A stretch of 35,040 nucleotides of DNA from the NCBI GenBank assembly GCA_032718475.1, contig JAUCBJ010009075.1:1-35040 (forward strand), read 5' to 3'. Positions within the stretch are counted from its first letter, which is position 1. Every line of letters starts with the position of its first letter. Positions 1 to 9,763 of this stretch are shown here, piece after piece. The notes below the pieces were generated by a model that had not been told where the DNA came from, ran no database searches, and saw only the letters and a program-made list of their open reading frames with translations. The DNA is from Nemertoderma westbladi (lineage: Eukaryota; Animalia; Xenacoelomorpha). The translations under genes and the position numbers were made by a program.

Positions 1-1
1 C

Positions 2-2014
2 TCCCTGTCTACTAACTACGTGGCCTACCAGGCCCTCTGCTCCCTGGTTACGTAGGCCCGACGTGTCTACACTAATAACACCCATATTGGAAACGGAATT
101 AATTTGCTCGCCCAAAACAAAATCGTTTGTATTACTCTGGGCGGCCACGTTATCCGAATTATTTTGTAAATTCGGATTTAGGTCATTATTTAAATTATTC
201 GAATTATTTTGCGTGATCGCGTTATTTAAATTATTTTGTAGGCTCGAATTTGGATTATTATTTTGATTATTTGAATTATTTTGCGTAACTACATCAATAT
301 TAGAATTATCTCCTACATTAACACTAGGATTGTTCTGATTTAAATTTAAATTACTACCACTAGGTAAAGTATTTCCTGCAATAAAGGTTTGATTAGTGTT
401 GTCCCATACGGTATTATCAATATTAACAACGCCTACTGTACCATCATTACTATTACCCCCCCCGCCCGTACGGTCACACCAGTTTTGGGTCTGTCGTGCG
501 GTCCCTGTCAGTGGGGCATTAATAAATGTATCTACGGCCCTCGGCTCCTCAAAAATACTCGAGCCGGCCCCGCTTTCAGACACTCCTGCCCGCGCCCGTT
601 CCAAATCGCGCGCGTGTACAGCTGTATACTCTAGGAGTTTCTCTCGCCGTTTCTCTAACTCTATTTGGCCACTCTCCTCTCTTGTTACTTTCTCGCTAGA
701 CTCCCGTTCTCTCTGCTCGACCAATTCCATCTCTCTCACAATCCCCTCTCTTCTTCTCGCCTTACGCTCTTTGCGTTCACTTTCCTCTCTCGCCTCACGC
801 TCCCTGCGTTCACTTTCCTCTCTCGCCTCACGCTCCCTGCGTTCACTTTCCTTTCTCGCCTCACGCTCCCTGCGTTCCGCCTCGCGTTTCTCGCGTTCCG
901 CCTCGCGTTCCCTCTCTTCCCTCAACTCTATCTCGTCATACTCCCTAAGGTTCCTCGCGGCCCTTTCGCCCCTTTCCCTTAACTCTTTAATCGACACCGC
1001 TTCCCTCTCTAGCATCACTCTCCCCTCCTCTAGCCGTCTACCTACTTCTCTATTAGCTTCCACCGCTAGATTGAGACGGTGTCTGGCCTCTATCTCTCTC
1101 ACCCGTCTTTCTTTTACGGAGGATGTAGCAGACTTATCGGTTGTAACGGATTCCCTCCGCCTTCCCGACCCACTGGCTCTCCCCCGCTTCCCGGAACTTT
1201 CTCCGACCGACGAGGCCAAATCCTCGGAGTTAACCTCGGATTCGCCCCCTTCGAGTCCCCTCCAACCCACCGGTTTTATTCCCCGGGCATCGACCGAGTA
1301 TGGCCCTATGTACACTGGCCCTACACTAGGTTCCATACCCCCACGCTCCCACAGTTCCAATAGTTCCACGGCAATCTCATGTGCCCTCGTTTCGGCTAGC
1401 TCTCTCTGCTCAAAGTGTATTAGATAACTAAAGTGTTTATCCGACTCACCTAGTCGCTTCCTCAGTCTCACCTCGTCCACCTTCGCCCCTTTCTTCTTGG
1501 CATCGTTTAGTATCCTCCGGGTTGCGATGTAAGCGCGTCGGAGTCGCTCAGAAACCCCGACGTCCTCTTCGCCGACTTCTCCCCTCTCCCTCCGGGTTCG
1601 ACGTCGTACCGGCGGCTCCACCGTCGCCGTTCCGGTGGGCCGTCCGTCGCCCTCGGCCTGTAGCTGGCCGGCGACATCGGTACCGATCTTTGTTCCGTCT
1701 CTTCGCGTCCGGCGTCGCACCGTCGGCCCCACCGTCACCGTTTCGGTGGGCCGCTCGTCGCCCTCGGCCGGTAGCTGGCCGGCGACATCGGCGCGCCTTT
1801 CTCCGTCCCGTGTCGACTCCGCCCTCTCTCCCTCCTTCTCGCTCTCCCTTTCTCTTGGCTCGGCTTCGAGCTCCAGGCCCCCCTCATCCTCGACTTCCGG
1901 TCCGCCCACTATCGATGGCTCCGGCGTCGTGGGCCTGTATCGTTTGGTCGCGGCCTCGCGGATCGTTAGGTCTTCGTCCGGGGTCCGCGGTGGTGTCTCG
2001 CCCGAATCGCTCAT
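2..2014 (-). CDS. Gag-like polyprotein N-terminal region (at least 671 aa, no stop within the window)
   Basis: Manual translation from ATG at 2014 (upstream in-frame stop at 2045-2047): MSDSGETPPRTPDEDLTIRE...SATSSVKERRVREIEARHRL...(ERREREAREES)n...Asn-rich segment...VSRQG. No stop found down to position 2. The plus-strand ORFs 63-266, 396-1427 and 1635-2204 are its antisense shadows. A Ser-rich segment followed by a charged coiled coil resembles BEL/Pao gag N-termini. Confidence 0.7.
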   Translation of the reverse strand, partial: MSDSGETPPRTPDEDLTIREAATKRYRPTTPEPSIVGGPEVEDEGGLELEAEPRERESEKEGERAESTRDGERRADVAGQLPAEGDERPTETVTVGPTVRRRTRRDGTKIGTDVAGQLQAEGDGRPTGTATVEPPVRRRTRRERGEVGEEDVGVSERLRRAYIATRRILNDAKKKGAKVDEVRLRKRLGESDKHFSYLIHFEQRELAETRAHEIAVELLELWERGGMEPSVGPVYIGPYSVDARGIKPVGWRGLEGGESEVNSEDLASSVGESSGKRGRASGSGRRRESVTTDKSATSSVKERRVREIEARHRLNLAVEANREVGRRLEEGRVMLEREAVSIKELRERGERAARNLREYDEIELREEREREAEREKREAERREREARKESERREREAREESERREREAREESERKERKARRREGIVREMELVEQRERESSEKVTREESGQIELEKRREKLLEYTAVHARDLERARAGVSESGAGSSIFEEPRAVDTFINAPLTGTARQTQNWCDRTGGGGNSNDGTVGVVNIDNTVWDNTNQTFIAGNTLPSGSNLNLNQNNPSVNVGDNSNIDVVTQNNSNNQNNNPNSSLQNNLNNAITQNNSNNLNNDLNPNLQNNSDNVAAQSNTNDFVLGEQINSVSNMGVISVDTSGLRNQGAEGLVGHVVSRQG
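756..910. repeat. 30-bp coding tandem repeat (about 4 copies) within the gag-like ORF
   Basis: CTCGCCTCACGCTCCCTGCGTTCACTTTCCT-type units encoding an E/R-rich coiled coil on the minus strand. Confidence 0.8.
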
Positions 2015-2186
2015 CTCTCTTCTGCAGATTTCAGTGGCTAGTGTTTATAGAGTTTGTCTAGGGCGGCAGCTGGCTTTAGTTACTGAGTTTAGCTGGGGAA
2101 GCAGCACCGATTTAGTTACTGTGACGGGATCCAAGAGGGATCCCGATTTATCCGGTTGTGGTAATTTAGTCCACGCGTCCCCGCCG

Positions 2187-3400
2187 TGTATAAGGATGAA
2201 ATAAAGTGACTGAGTTCTGAAGTTCGGTGTATAATAGGAGGTTATAAGATATGGATATATTGTAAATGTGTACAAGGCGGGATACGGTAACTAAAGTCCC
2301 GTGATCCCCTAACTAAACTAATTGGCTGTACCCTACGCTAGCACTCCTGCACTGAGATAACTGAATAGGTAATATTACTGCCAAGTGGCTATACTGCACG
2401 GTTGGCCTTACTGCTACTCAATCGATGCCATTCCCCCCTCTGATTGGTTGATACCCTCGTTGGCGCCCCGTGGAGTATTCCCCTTCACTCCACCTGTTCT
2501 CCTTGGGTTAGGGGTTTGGCCCCTGACCCTCTATTGTGTGCTTCCTTCCCACTCTTATTGGGATGGCACGAGTTGGTTAATTGCCCAATCTCGTGGCTCC
2601 CAATATTGCTTATCGGCTTACAACTTTGTGGGGTGTTGGCGGGATTGAATAAGCTAACACCCAACATTGATTGTATAATCACTGGTGCCATTTTTAAGCT
2701 TTATTTTTAGCCAACAATTGACTTATATTTTATTTAACAATTTAGTAGTGATGTTGATCCTGTTCGTTTACTATGATTTTATAATAGTGTAATCGGCATA
2801 ATTGTATAATTGTCACAATTTTACTAATAAATGCCAGCTAGCCTGGTTTGCGCTTATGTGCGCGAGTATAATAATAAGTCACAATTCTGTGGTCCGAACC
2901 AATTAGGTTGAACGAGCTGTATGCCTCGCAGTTGATCATGCTATTTCTCCACTTTTTGTTTATGAGGATGTAATCCAGTTGTGCTTTGGTTCCATTAGGG
3001 TATTGAAAGGTCCATAGCTTCCCCTTAATCTTTTCGAATGTGTTGTTTGTTGGTTAGTGTCTTTTTACATTTCAACAGGTTGGTTCTTCTTTCTTCTCTG
3101 TCTTCTGTTCCAGTAGCCAATTTATCGACCCCAGCCTGGTGTACAACTGAGGGACGCGGTCCTTGTTGACCCGGGCGACGACCGAGCCGGTATTTCTCCT
3201 GGAGGGTTCTCATACTCATATCTTTCAGTTGCGGGAGTAAACCGCTTGTGGTCGCAACTCCTACAAGCGTCTTCGCAGTAGGTCGCCGTTGGTTGATTAC
3301 CTTCCGCCGACCTTGTCAGCATGTCTAGCCGTTGGTTGATTACCTTCCGCCTATCCATGGCCTACAGCCCTGCTGCCGACTGTAGGGGCCATTTGTTACA
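2187..3400 (-). repeat. Putative 5' LTR (about 1214 bp)
   Basis: TGTA...TACA termini. On the minus strand a TATAAAA near 2780 is followed by AATAAA near 2730 and 2705. A 24-bp direct repeat GCCGTTGGTTGATTACCTTCCGCC lies at about 3285 and 3328 in the putative U3. The second LTR is not in the window, so this is unconfirmed. Confidence 0.5.
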
Positions 3401-3745
3401 CCCTGAACCAAGTGTGCCTCCTGGGTTAGGTTACCTAACACTGGTAGACGAGCATCCAGTATAGACAGGGCCTAGGGGCTGTTGCACTGCCAGTCAGAGA
3501 GGTAACAGCCCATGGGGTAAGGATTTACCCATGGGGCGCTAACTATCAGATAGTCTGATACCAACTGTCAGACAGTCTTTTTCAACTATCAGATAGATGA
3601 TCGCCCAGTTACAAGTTGCCCGATAGTTGTATTTTTTAAACCCCCGAGTGTTGTTGACGGAGTCTGTTACTTCCGAAATCGTTGATCGTGGTGCCGGTCT
3701 GCCGCTGCCGGAATTCTGGCTTTGATTAAAAACACTGAACTGCTG

Positions 3746-4090
3746 AACGATGGCGGAATCTACGAAACCCGGCCGGATTCCTAATCCGAGGAGGCGACGG
3801 AGTCAATTAAACGTAGCAATGACACGATCGCGATGGACAATGGACTGATGGAGTCTATTCCAGTATTCAATGTATCCAGAACGATACGATGGTGGCGGAG
3901 TCTATTACAGTATTAAACACGCAACCAAAGCGATCAGACGATGGCGAAGTAATCTACAAAACAGAGAACGACAGGAAGGCGATGGAGTTTATTAAACCCA
4001 GTAAGATGGTGCATAGCGAAGCGATCGAGACGGATAACGGAGTCTATTACAGAATTAAACCTGGAACGAAGACGGTGGAATCTATAGGCC
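3746..4090 (+). repeat. Degenerate tandem repeat with core GATGG(CGG)AGTCTATTACAG(T/A)ATTAAAC
   Basis: About 6-7 diverged copies near 3748, 3847, 3892, 3940, 3982, 4038 and 4072. Confidence 0.55.
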
Positions 4091-4408
4091 TAAACCTGGA
4101 ACAATGCGAACAAGGCTACTCTAAAGTTAGACTAGACTGGTTTGTGAGATTAACTTGCCAATACTAACTCAATACAATTTGCTTTCTTCGAATTCCTCAA
4201 TCAATTATTTTATAAGTCTTGTCAATGTATAAGATTGCTAAAGACTAAAGAGCTAACTTTAGGAAGATTTTCTGCCTTATATTTTTAGAATTATTATAAT
4301 TAATTTTGTTATGTTTATAATGAATTGTATCTTTTGACAGACTACTTGATGTGCGACCGTGATAATAAAATTAAATGGTGCCGAAATATTTTCACTTACT
4401 TAACTGCA

Positions 4409-4432
4409 GGGGGGGGGGGGGGGGGGGGGGGG
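4409..4432 (+). repeat. Poly-G tract (24 nt)
   Basis: Direct inspection. Confidence 0.9.
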
Positions 4433-4986
4433 TAATCAATATTATTCCCTCTCCAGGTGAAAATCGACGCAAATAACAGCTTGTTTACTACTAAAATAAA
4501 ACTGCATCCTGTTCTATAGGAAAAAACATTATAGGGGAAACTTTAGCAAGTTGTGTTTATTTTAGCCGATAGACAAGATTACATGTTTACCAAGTTTTGT
4601 ATAATTTAGTCAAAGATTGAATAAGTTACGATTTAAATTATCAGTGGAGGGTGAAGGCGCGGCCAGGATTCAGTTATACTTGAATAAAGAATAGTGATTA
4701 AACCAAGCAGCCAAGGGATACGCGATATATGACACTGCTGTATAAGTTCATTGAATGACTGTTGATTTCGAAACATTTAATTCAAAACTATATAAATGTT
4801 AATATAATGTTGGATTTTTTTTTGTAATAATTAACAGATGAATTATATTTCATTAATTTATTTTTTTTATCTAATCACATTATTAAATAACGAAGCACAG
4901 AAATAATACTAAGATTGAATATTTAATTGAAGGTACAGTACCGAATTGAATATTTAAATGGGAGAATCTTTTAGGCTCGTTAAGCC

Positions 4987-5179
4987 AAGGAATGCCTGTT
5001 CACCACCATGGGTGATCTTTCACAGTAAACCGTTCCACTCTGTTTCCTAAAGGAATGCCTGTTCACCACCATGGCTGATCTTCCACAGTAAACCCGTCCA
5101 CTCTGTTTCCAAAAGGAATGCCTGTTCACCACCCCACCATGGGTGATCTTTCACAGTAAACCCTTCCACTCTGTTTCCC
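4987..5179 (+). repeat. 63-bp minisatellite, 3 copies
   Basis: AAGGAATGCCTGTTCACCACCATGGGTGATCTTTCACAGTAAAC...CCACTCTGTTTCC starting at 4987, 5050 and 5113. Confidence 0.9.
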
Positions 5180-5281
5180 AAGTTGCCTTGGTTCCCAATC
5201 GACCACTGAAGGATAAAAGCCGGGGTTGGGCTAGGCAGCAGCATTTAAAGCACTGTGCCCAAACAGTACTGCTCCATCTAG

Positions 5282-5728
5282 GGATCGAACATTGAATATT
5301 TGAGATTGCATAAGATAGAGTATTGAATATCTTCGGCCGTCATCCCGTTGGTGACTGCATTGGCAACCATTTCGACAGTTTCGATTGGTTTCGGCTCTTC
5401 AGTCCCTGAATAGACCGATGGTCGGTGTGGTTGCTGTCCCCATGACTGAGGCTGCATTACCAACCAAAATTGCCATCTCCAGGCGTTGGAGCAGAAACTG
5501 GTGTGACCGCGGTTCGTGGGTGGCACTGTGGAGACGAGCCCCGATCTCCCGGAGGAAGGTGGATGTCTCTGGACCAGGGCGGCCAAAGGTCTCAAAGGCC
5601 ACGGGGTTAAATAAATGGCCCCGGTCCATTAGGTCGCGATACTTAGAGTTTTTAATGCGCTCCGCCCCCTTAGCTGAGTGCCCCTCGGCAATGATGGTTT
5701 GTTGAAGGTAGCTGGGGGCCAGTGGATC
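5282..5728 (-). mobile_element. 5'-truncated CRE-like non-LTR retrotransposon fragment (C-terminal restriction-like endonuclease and 3' UTR)
   Basis: Minus frame 5728-5399 reads DPLAPSYLQQ...AKGAERIKNSKYRDL...FNPVAFETFGRPG...FLLQRLEMAILVGNAASVMGT. This matches the AE..K..KY / F.P.A.ET.G / QR.S.A...GNA motifs of CRE-clade RLE domains. ATCTAG occurs at both ends (5276-5281, 5726-5731). Confidence 0.8.
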
Positions 5729-6944
5729 TAGTAATAATTAACGCAAAGATATGATTAGGTAGGCCTACGTGATATTACTGTATTAATTTCTCAAACCAAA
5801 CCTCCATTGACGTCAAATATATCCAATTTCTCATTCCATACTAATCCGTATGTAATAATGCAGTAATGTACACTGTAATGCAATACCGGTAATGTCAATG
5901 TCCAACCAAACAATGCGTTGAGTGTTATCGGACCAGCCTCCGAGAAATGTTAGGCTAACCTGCTAACGGCACCTCGCTCTGTCGCATCAGTTTTGTAGTG
6001 GTCAGGTGGTCTAGTTCCAGGCTACCAGAATCCGTTAGGCCTAGTGCATGATATAGAATCTGCACATCCTGACATCTGTGCAACTCCTGAACTCACGCGA
6101 GCATTTTACAGATGGTGGTCTAATTTATATGGTCTTGTACCGCGAAACCATGTATTATTTACAGATGTAGGCTAAATTTCGGGTCTTGTACCGTGCACAG
6201 TACTGGTGGGCCTACACAGCTACTGCTATTTTGCCTAATACAGGTCCCAGAGGTAAATCCTTACCCCACAGGCTGTTACCTCTCTGACTGACAGCGCAAC
6301 AGCCCTCTCTCGACAGGGCGGGGCTTGTATCATCTCTAATGCAGATGCGTATCAAGCCTTTGCCTTCAATGGTGCCCTAGGCGCTATAGCCCTCAATGAC
6401 TTATTTAGTTGACGGTGCTGAACCAACCCACTCTTGATCAACTAAATAATGAATAGGCTATGCTTATCGGGCCTGCCCTACTGGGCTGACAGCTACAGGT
6501 AGTACCACATTACTGCCATAGTGGTAGCAGGATCTGGGGACCTGACCTGACCTACTATTGTCTTCCACTATACTTCCACTATTGTCTTTAGTTAATTAAA
6601 GGCAGTGATTTTTTATGTCCTTTTATTTGACTTTTTTTGTAATTTTTTTTTACGAATTATGCATAATGACTTTTGTTGTCCTTTTAATGACTTTTATTGT
6701 CCTTTTAATGACTTTTTATGTATGTATTTCTTCAAACTGTCAGACTGCTGGTTTCTGGACTGTCAGACAGTTGATTTCACTATGCCTGTGCCATAACATT
6801 CCATGATTCCATGATTTATAGACTATGAGATAGATTTCCATATGCGCCTGTGGTAAAAAGACTATATTTAATAGTTTGTGGTTGTTGTCGATAATCGATT
6901 ACTACCTGACGTAGCAAAACACTCATTTTATAGCCAAAAACAAT

Positions 6945-7590
6945 TACCAATTGATGGAAAGGAGCAGGTTAATGCCGAGTTTTCTAACCAAAACAATAAA
7001 CAGTCACTTTACCAAATCAGGGAAAGGAGCAGGTTACAGAGACGGGATTTTCTAACCAAAACAATAAACGATCACTTAACTAATTGAGGGAAAGGAGCAG
7101 GTTACAGAGGCGGGATTTTCTAACCAAAACAATAAACGATCACTTAACTTATTGAGGGAAAGGAGCAGGTTACAGAGGCGGGATTTTCTAACCAAAACAA
7201 TAAACGATCATTTAACTAATTGAGGGAAAGGGACAGGTTACATAGGCAGAATTTTCTAACCAAAACAATAAACTATCATTTAACTAATTGAGGGAAAGGG
7301 GCAGGTTACAGAGGCGGGATTTTCTAACCAAAACAATAAACGATCATTTAACTAATTGAGGGAAAGGAGCAGGTTACAGAGACGGGATTTTCTAACCAAA
7401 ACAATAAACGATAACATTACCAATTGAGAGAAAGGAGCAGGTTACAGAGGCGGGATTTTCTAACCAAAACAATAAACGATAACATTACCAATTGAGGGAA
7501 AGGAGCAGGTTACAGAGGCGGGATTATCTAACCAAAACAATAAACGATCATTTAACTAATTGAGGGAAAGGGGCAGGTTACAGAGGCGGG
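6945..7590 (+). repeat. 68-bp minisatellite, about 9.5 copies
   Basis: GGAAAGGAGCAGGTTACAGAGGCGGGATTTTCTAACCAAAACAATAAACGATCA...AATTGAG, with unit starts at 7021, 7089, 7157 and onward. Confidence 0.95.
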
Positions 7591-8193
7591 CCTTCTGTGC
7601 TGTTGGAAGTAGTGGTGCCGCTATCCGTAACACTACTCAGACAGTAGTCATGATCCATTATTGATTATAAAACTAATACAGTAATAGGCCTAAATTATGT
7701 GAAAGGTATATCCACATTTTCCACAATCCTGCAATCCAGTTTGGCCTATCAATTATTTAAAATTTATTAGCACAACCGGTAGGCCTACCATTACCGTATT
7801 TAAATGGTAGGCTACACAGTAGGCCTATAGCAGTACCGGTGCCGGTACCGGTACTAAAATACAGAAATACCTGCTTTATACCTACATCTGTACATACAAT
7901 ACAGCAAAATAGTGCTATATATACTAATACCGGTACTGATAGCCTGAGAGAACAGCAGTAGAGAAACCGGTAGCATGGAACCTAACATTAGACTTTTGGA
8001 GGACATAAAAAATAAAAAAAAAGGACAAAAAAAGGATTTAAACGGACAATAAAAATTATTGCGTTAATTAAACCACTTGCCTTGCAATGGGATTGTTCAT
8101 TTAGTCTCAGGCTGTTTGGTAATAATCTAGATTTTGTGATTGACATATTGAATCCAACCAGACTGATTCCAACATTATCTTTAATTAGAATTT

Positions 8194-8546
8194 ACCCGTT
8201 ACCGCACCTCTATTTAAGCCAATCAACCCGTTACCGCACCTCTATTTAAGCCAATCAACTGTTACCGCAACCTCTATTTAAGCCAATCAACCCGTTACCG
8301 CACCTCTATTTAAGCCAATCAACCCGTTACCGCACCTCTATTTAAGCCAATCAACCCGTTACCGCACCTCTATTTAAGCCAATCAACTGTTACCGCACCT
8401 CTATTTAAGCCAATCAACTGTTACCGCACCTCTATTTAAGCCAATCAACTGTTACCGCACCTCTATTTAAGCCAATCAACCCGTTACCGCACCTCTATTT
8501 AAGCCAATCAAACCCGTTACCCGCACCTCTATTTAAGCCAATCAAC
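8194..8546 (+). repeat. 31-32-bp minisatellite, about 11 copies
   Basis: ACCCGTTACCGCACCTCTATTTAAGCCAATCA units. Confidence 0.95.
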
Positions 8547-8679
8547 TATCAATAAACTAATAAAAGGATTGCCTACACGATAAAGGCAACCACAAACATT
8601 CGAAATGCTAATTATTGCGTTAGTCGTTTTGTAAAAGCGCCTTATGTGGTATATTAATTAAGTTTCTGTGAACAATATA

Positions 8680-8726
8680 CACCATGACCCGTAATAGTGT
8701 CATTTTCTGATGACACGGGACACGGG

Positions 8727-8760
<34 letters not shown>

Positions 8761-9298
8761 CTTTTTCTACAAATCTTTATCATATTGCTTGAAATTTGAA
8801 ACACAACTAATTCCACTCACCGTCGATGTCCACATAAAGCCGGAATTTTCTATTTTGACTTTAAATTTTCTTTTGCGAAATCGCACCTTGTTCCAGAATT
8901 TTGTGTACATATTAAATAGAATAAATGGCCTGAAGCGAACAATAATTCTTGCAATCTTTGAACGCCTATATCTCAGCTGTTTCTCAACGAAATTCAGATA
9001 TTGTTACATATTTGGAATCCTTGTAAAAAAAAAGTGGGGAGGGGGGGGGGGGGGGTGGGAAGTACGACTATTGTGAAGAATGGCCACGATACGGAAGGTG
9101 CGATTTCGAAAAATACACTTTTTTTAAAACACTTCTGAAAAACATTTGAAAAAAATCATAATTCCGGCTTCATGCTAACAACCACGGTGAATTGAACTAT
9201 AGTTGTGTTTCATGCAATTTGATAAAGATTTGTAGAAAAATCTGGGGGGGGGGGGGTCCGTGTCATCAGAAAATGACACTACATTACGGGTCATGGTG
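8680..9298. mobile_element. Tc1/mariner-type MITE with long imperfect TIRs and TA target duplication
   Basis: TA|CACCATGACCCGTAAT...GTGTCATTTTCTGATGACACGG-polyC-TTTTTCTACAAATCTTTATCA is mirrored by TGATAAAGATTTGTAGAAAAA-polyG-CCGTGTCATCAGAAAATGACAC...ATTACGGGTCATGGTG|TA. Inverted similarity extends about 200 bp (CGAAATCGCACCTT / AAGGTGCGATTTCG). Confidence 0.85.
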
Positions 9299-9763
9299 TA
9301 ATACTGTACTGTACGGCTTATATTATTTAATATAAGTAGTGGACTGCCTGGCTCATGATCACCCAACCAGTTGCAGATAATATTTGTCTAATAGTATTTA
9401 AATTTATAAAAAATTATTGTATATTTTAATATAATAAATACCTACATTACATACAGGCCACCATATTAAAATTAAGAAAAAAAAATTTATTCTTAAATTG
9501 CTACTTTTTTGCTCAAATTTAGACCAAAATTGAGAGAAAAAGTTGAAGCGACCGATAGGATTGCATTGATTTTACTATTTTTAAATAAAAGAAAAGTAAA
9601 ATAAAATATTTTTGGTGGAATTTCTTAAATTTTATTAAATGTGTTGAAAGATCATTGACGTAGAAAAGGTTCGCACGTAATTTGAGCAAAATCCATTCAC
9701 ACACTCAAAAGTTACTGCAAATTTAGTGTCTGCGCGGTGTACACCAAAACATAACCCAATATT

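Larger units (their letters stand above)
1..3400 (-). mobile_element. 5' portion of an LTR retrotransposon (BEL/Pao- or Gypsy-like), truncated by the window edge
   Basis: Minus strand begins TGTAAC (3400) and a block ends ...TTATACA (2187). A leader of about 170 nt follows, then a long ORF from ATG 2014 open to the window edge. No pol domains are visible in the window. Confidence 0.6.
3472..6311. mobile_element. Candidate non-autonomous DNA transposon with 54-bp inverted repeats and a possible 8-bp TSD (hAT-like)
   Basis: 3476-3529 and 6252-6305 are inverted copies (50/54 identical). Direct repeat GACAGGGC at 3464-3471 and 6312-6319. No transposase ORF inside, and the extreme termini do not match exactly. 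Confidence 0.45.

Noticed and set aside
396-2204. Plus-strand Ser/Arg/Leu-rich ORFs
   Set aside because: Antisense of the minus-strand gag-like ORF.
3889-4167. 92-aa ORF
   Set aside because: Overlaps a degenerate repeat and has no recognisable domain.
7776-7856. Clusters of TAGGCCTA and TACCGGTA palindromes
   Set aside because: Short motifs scattered through the window; they look like genome background rather than a discrete element.
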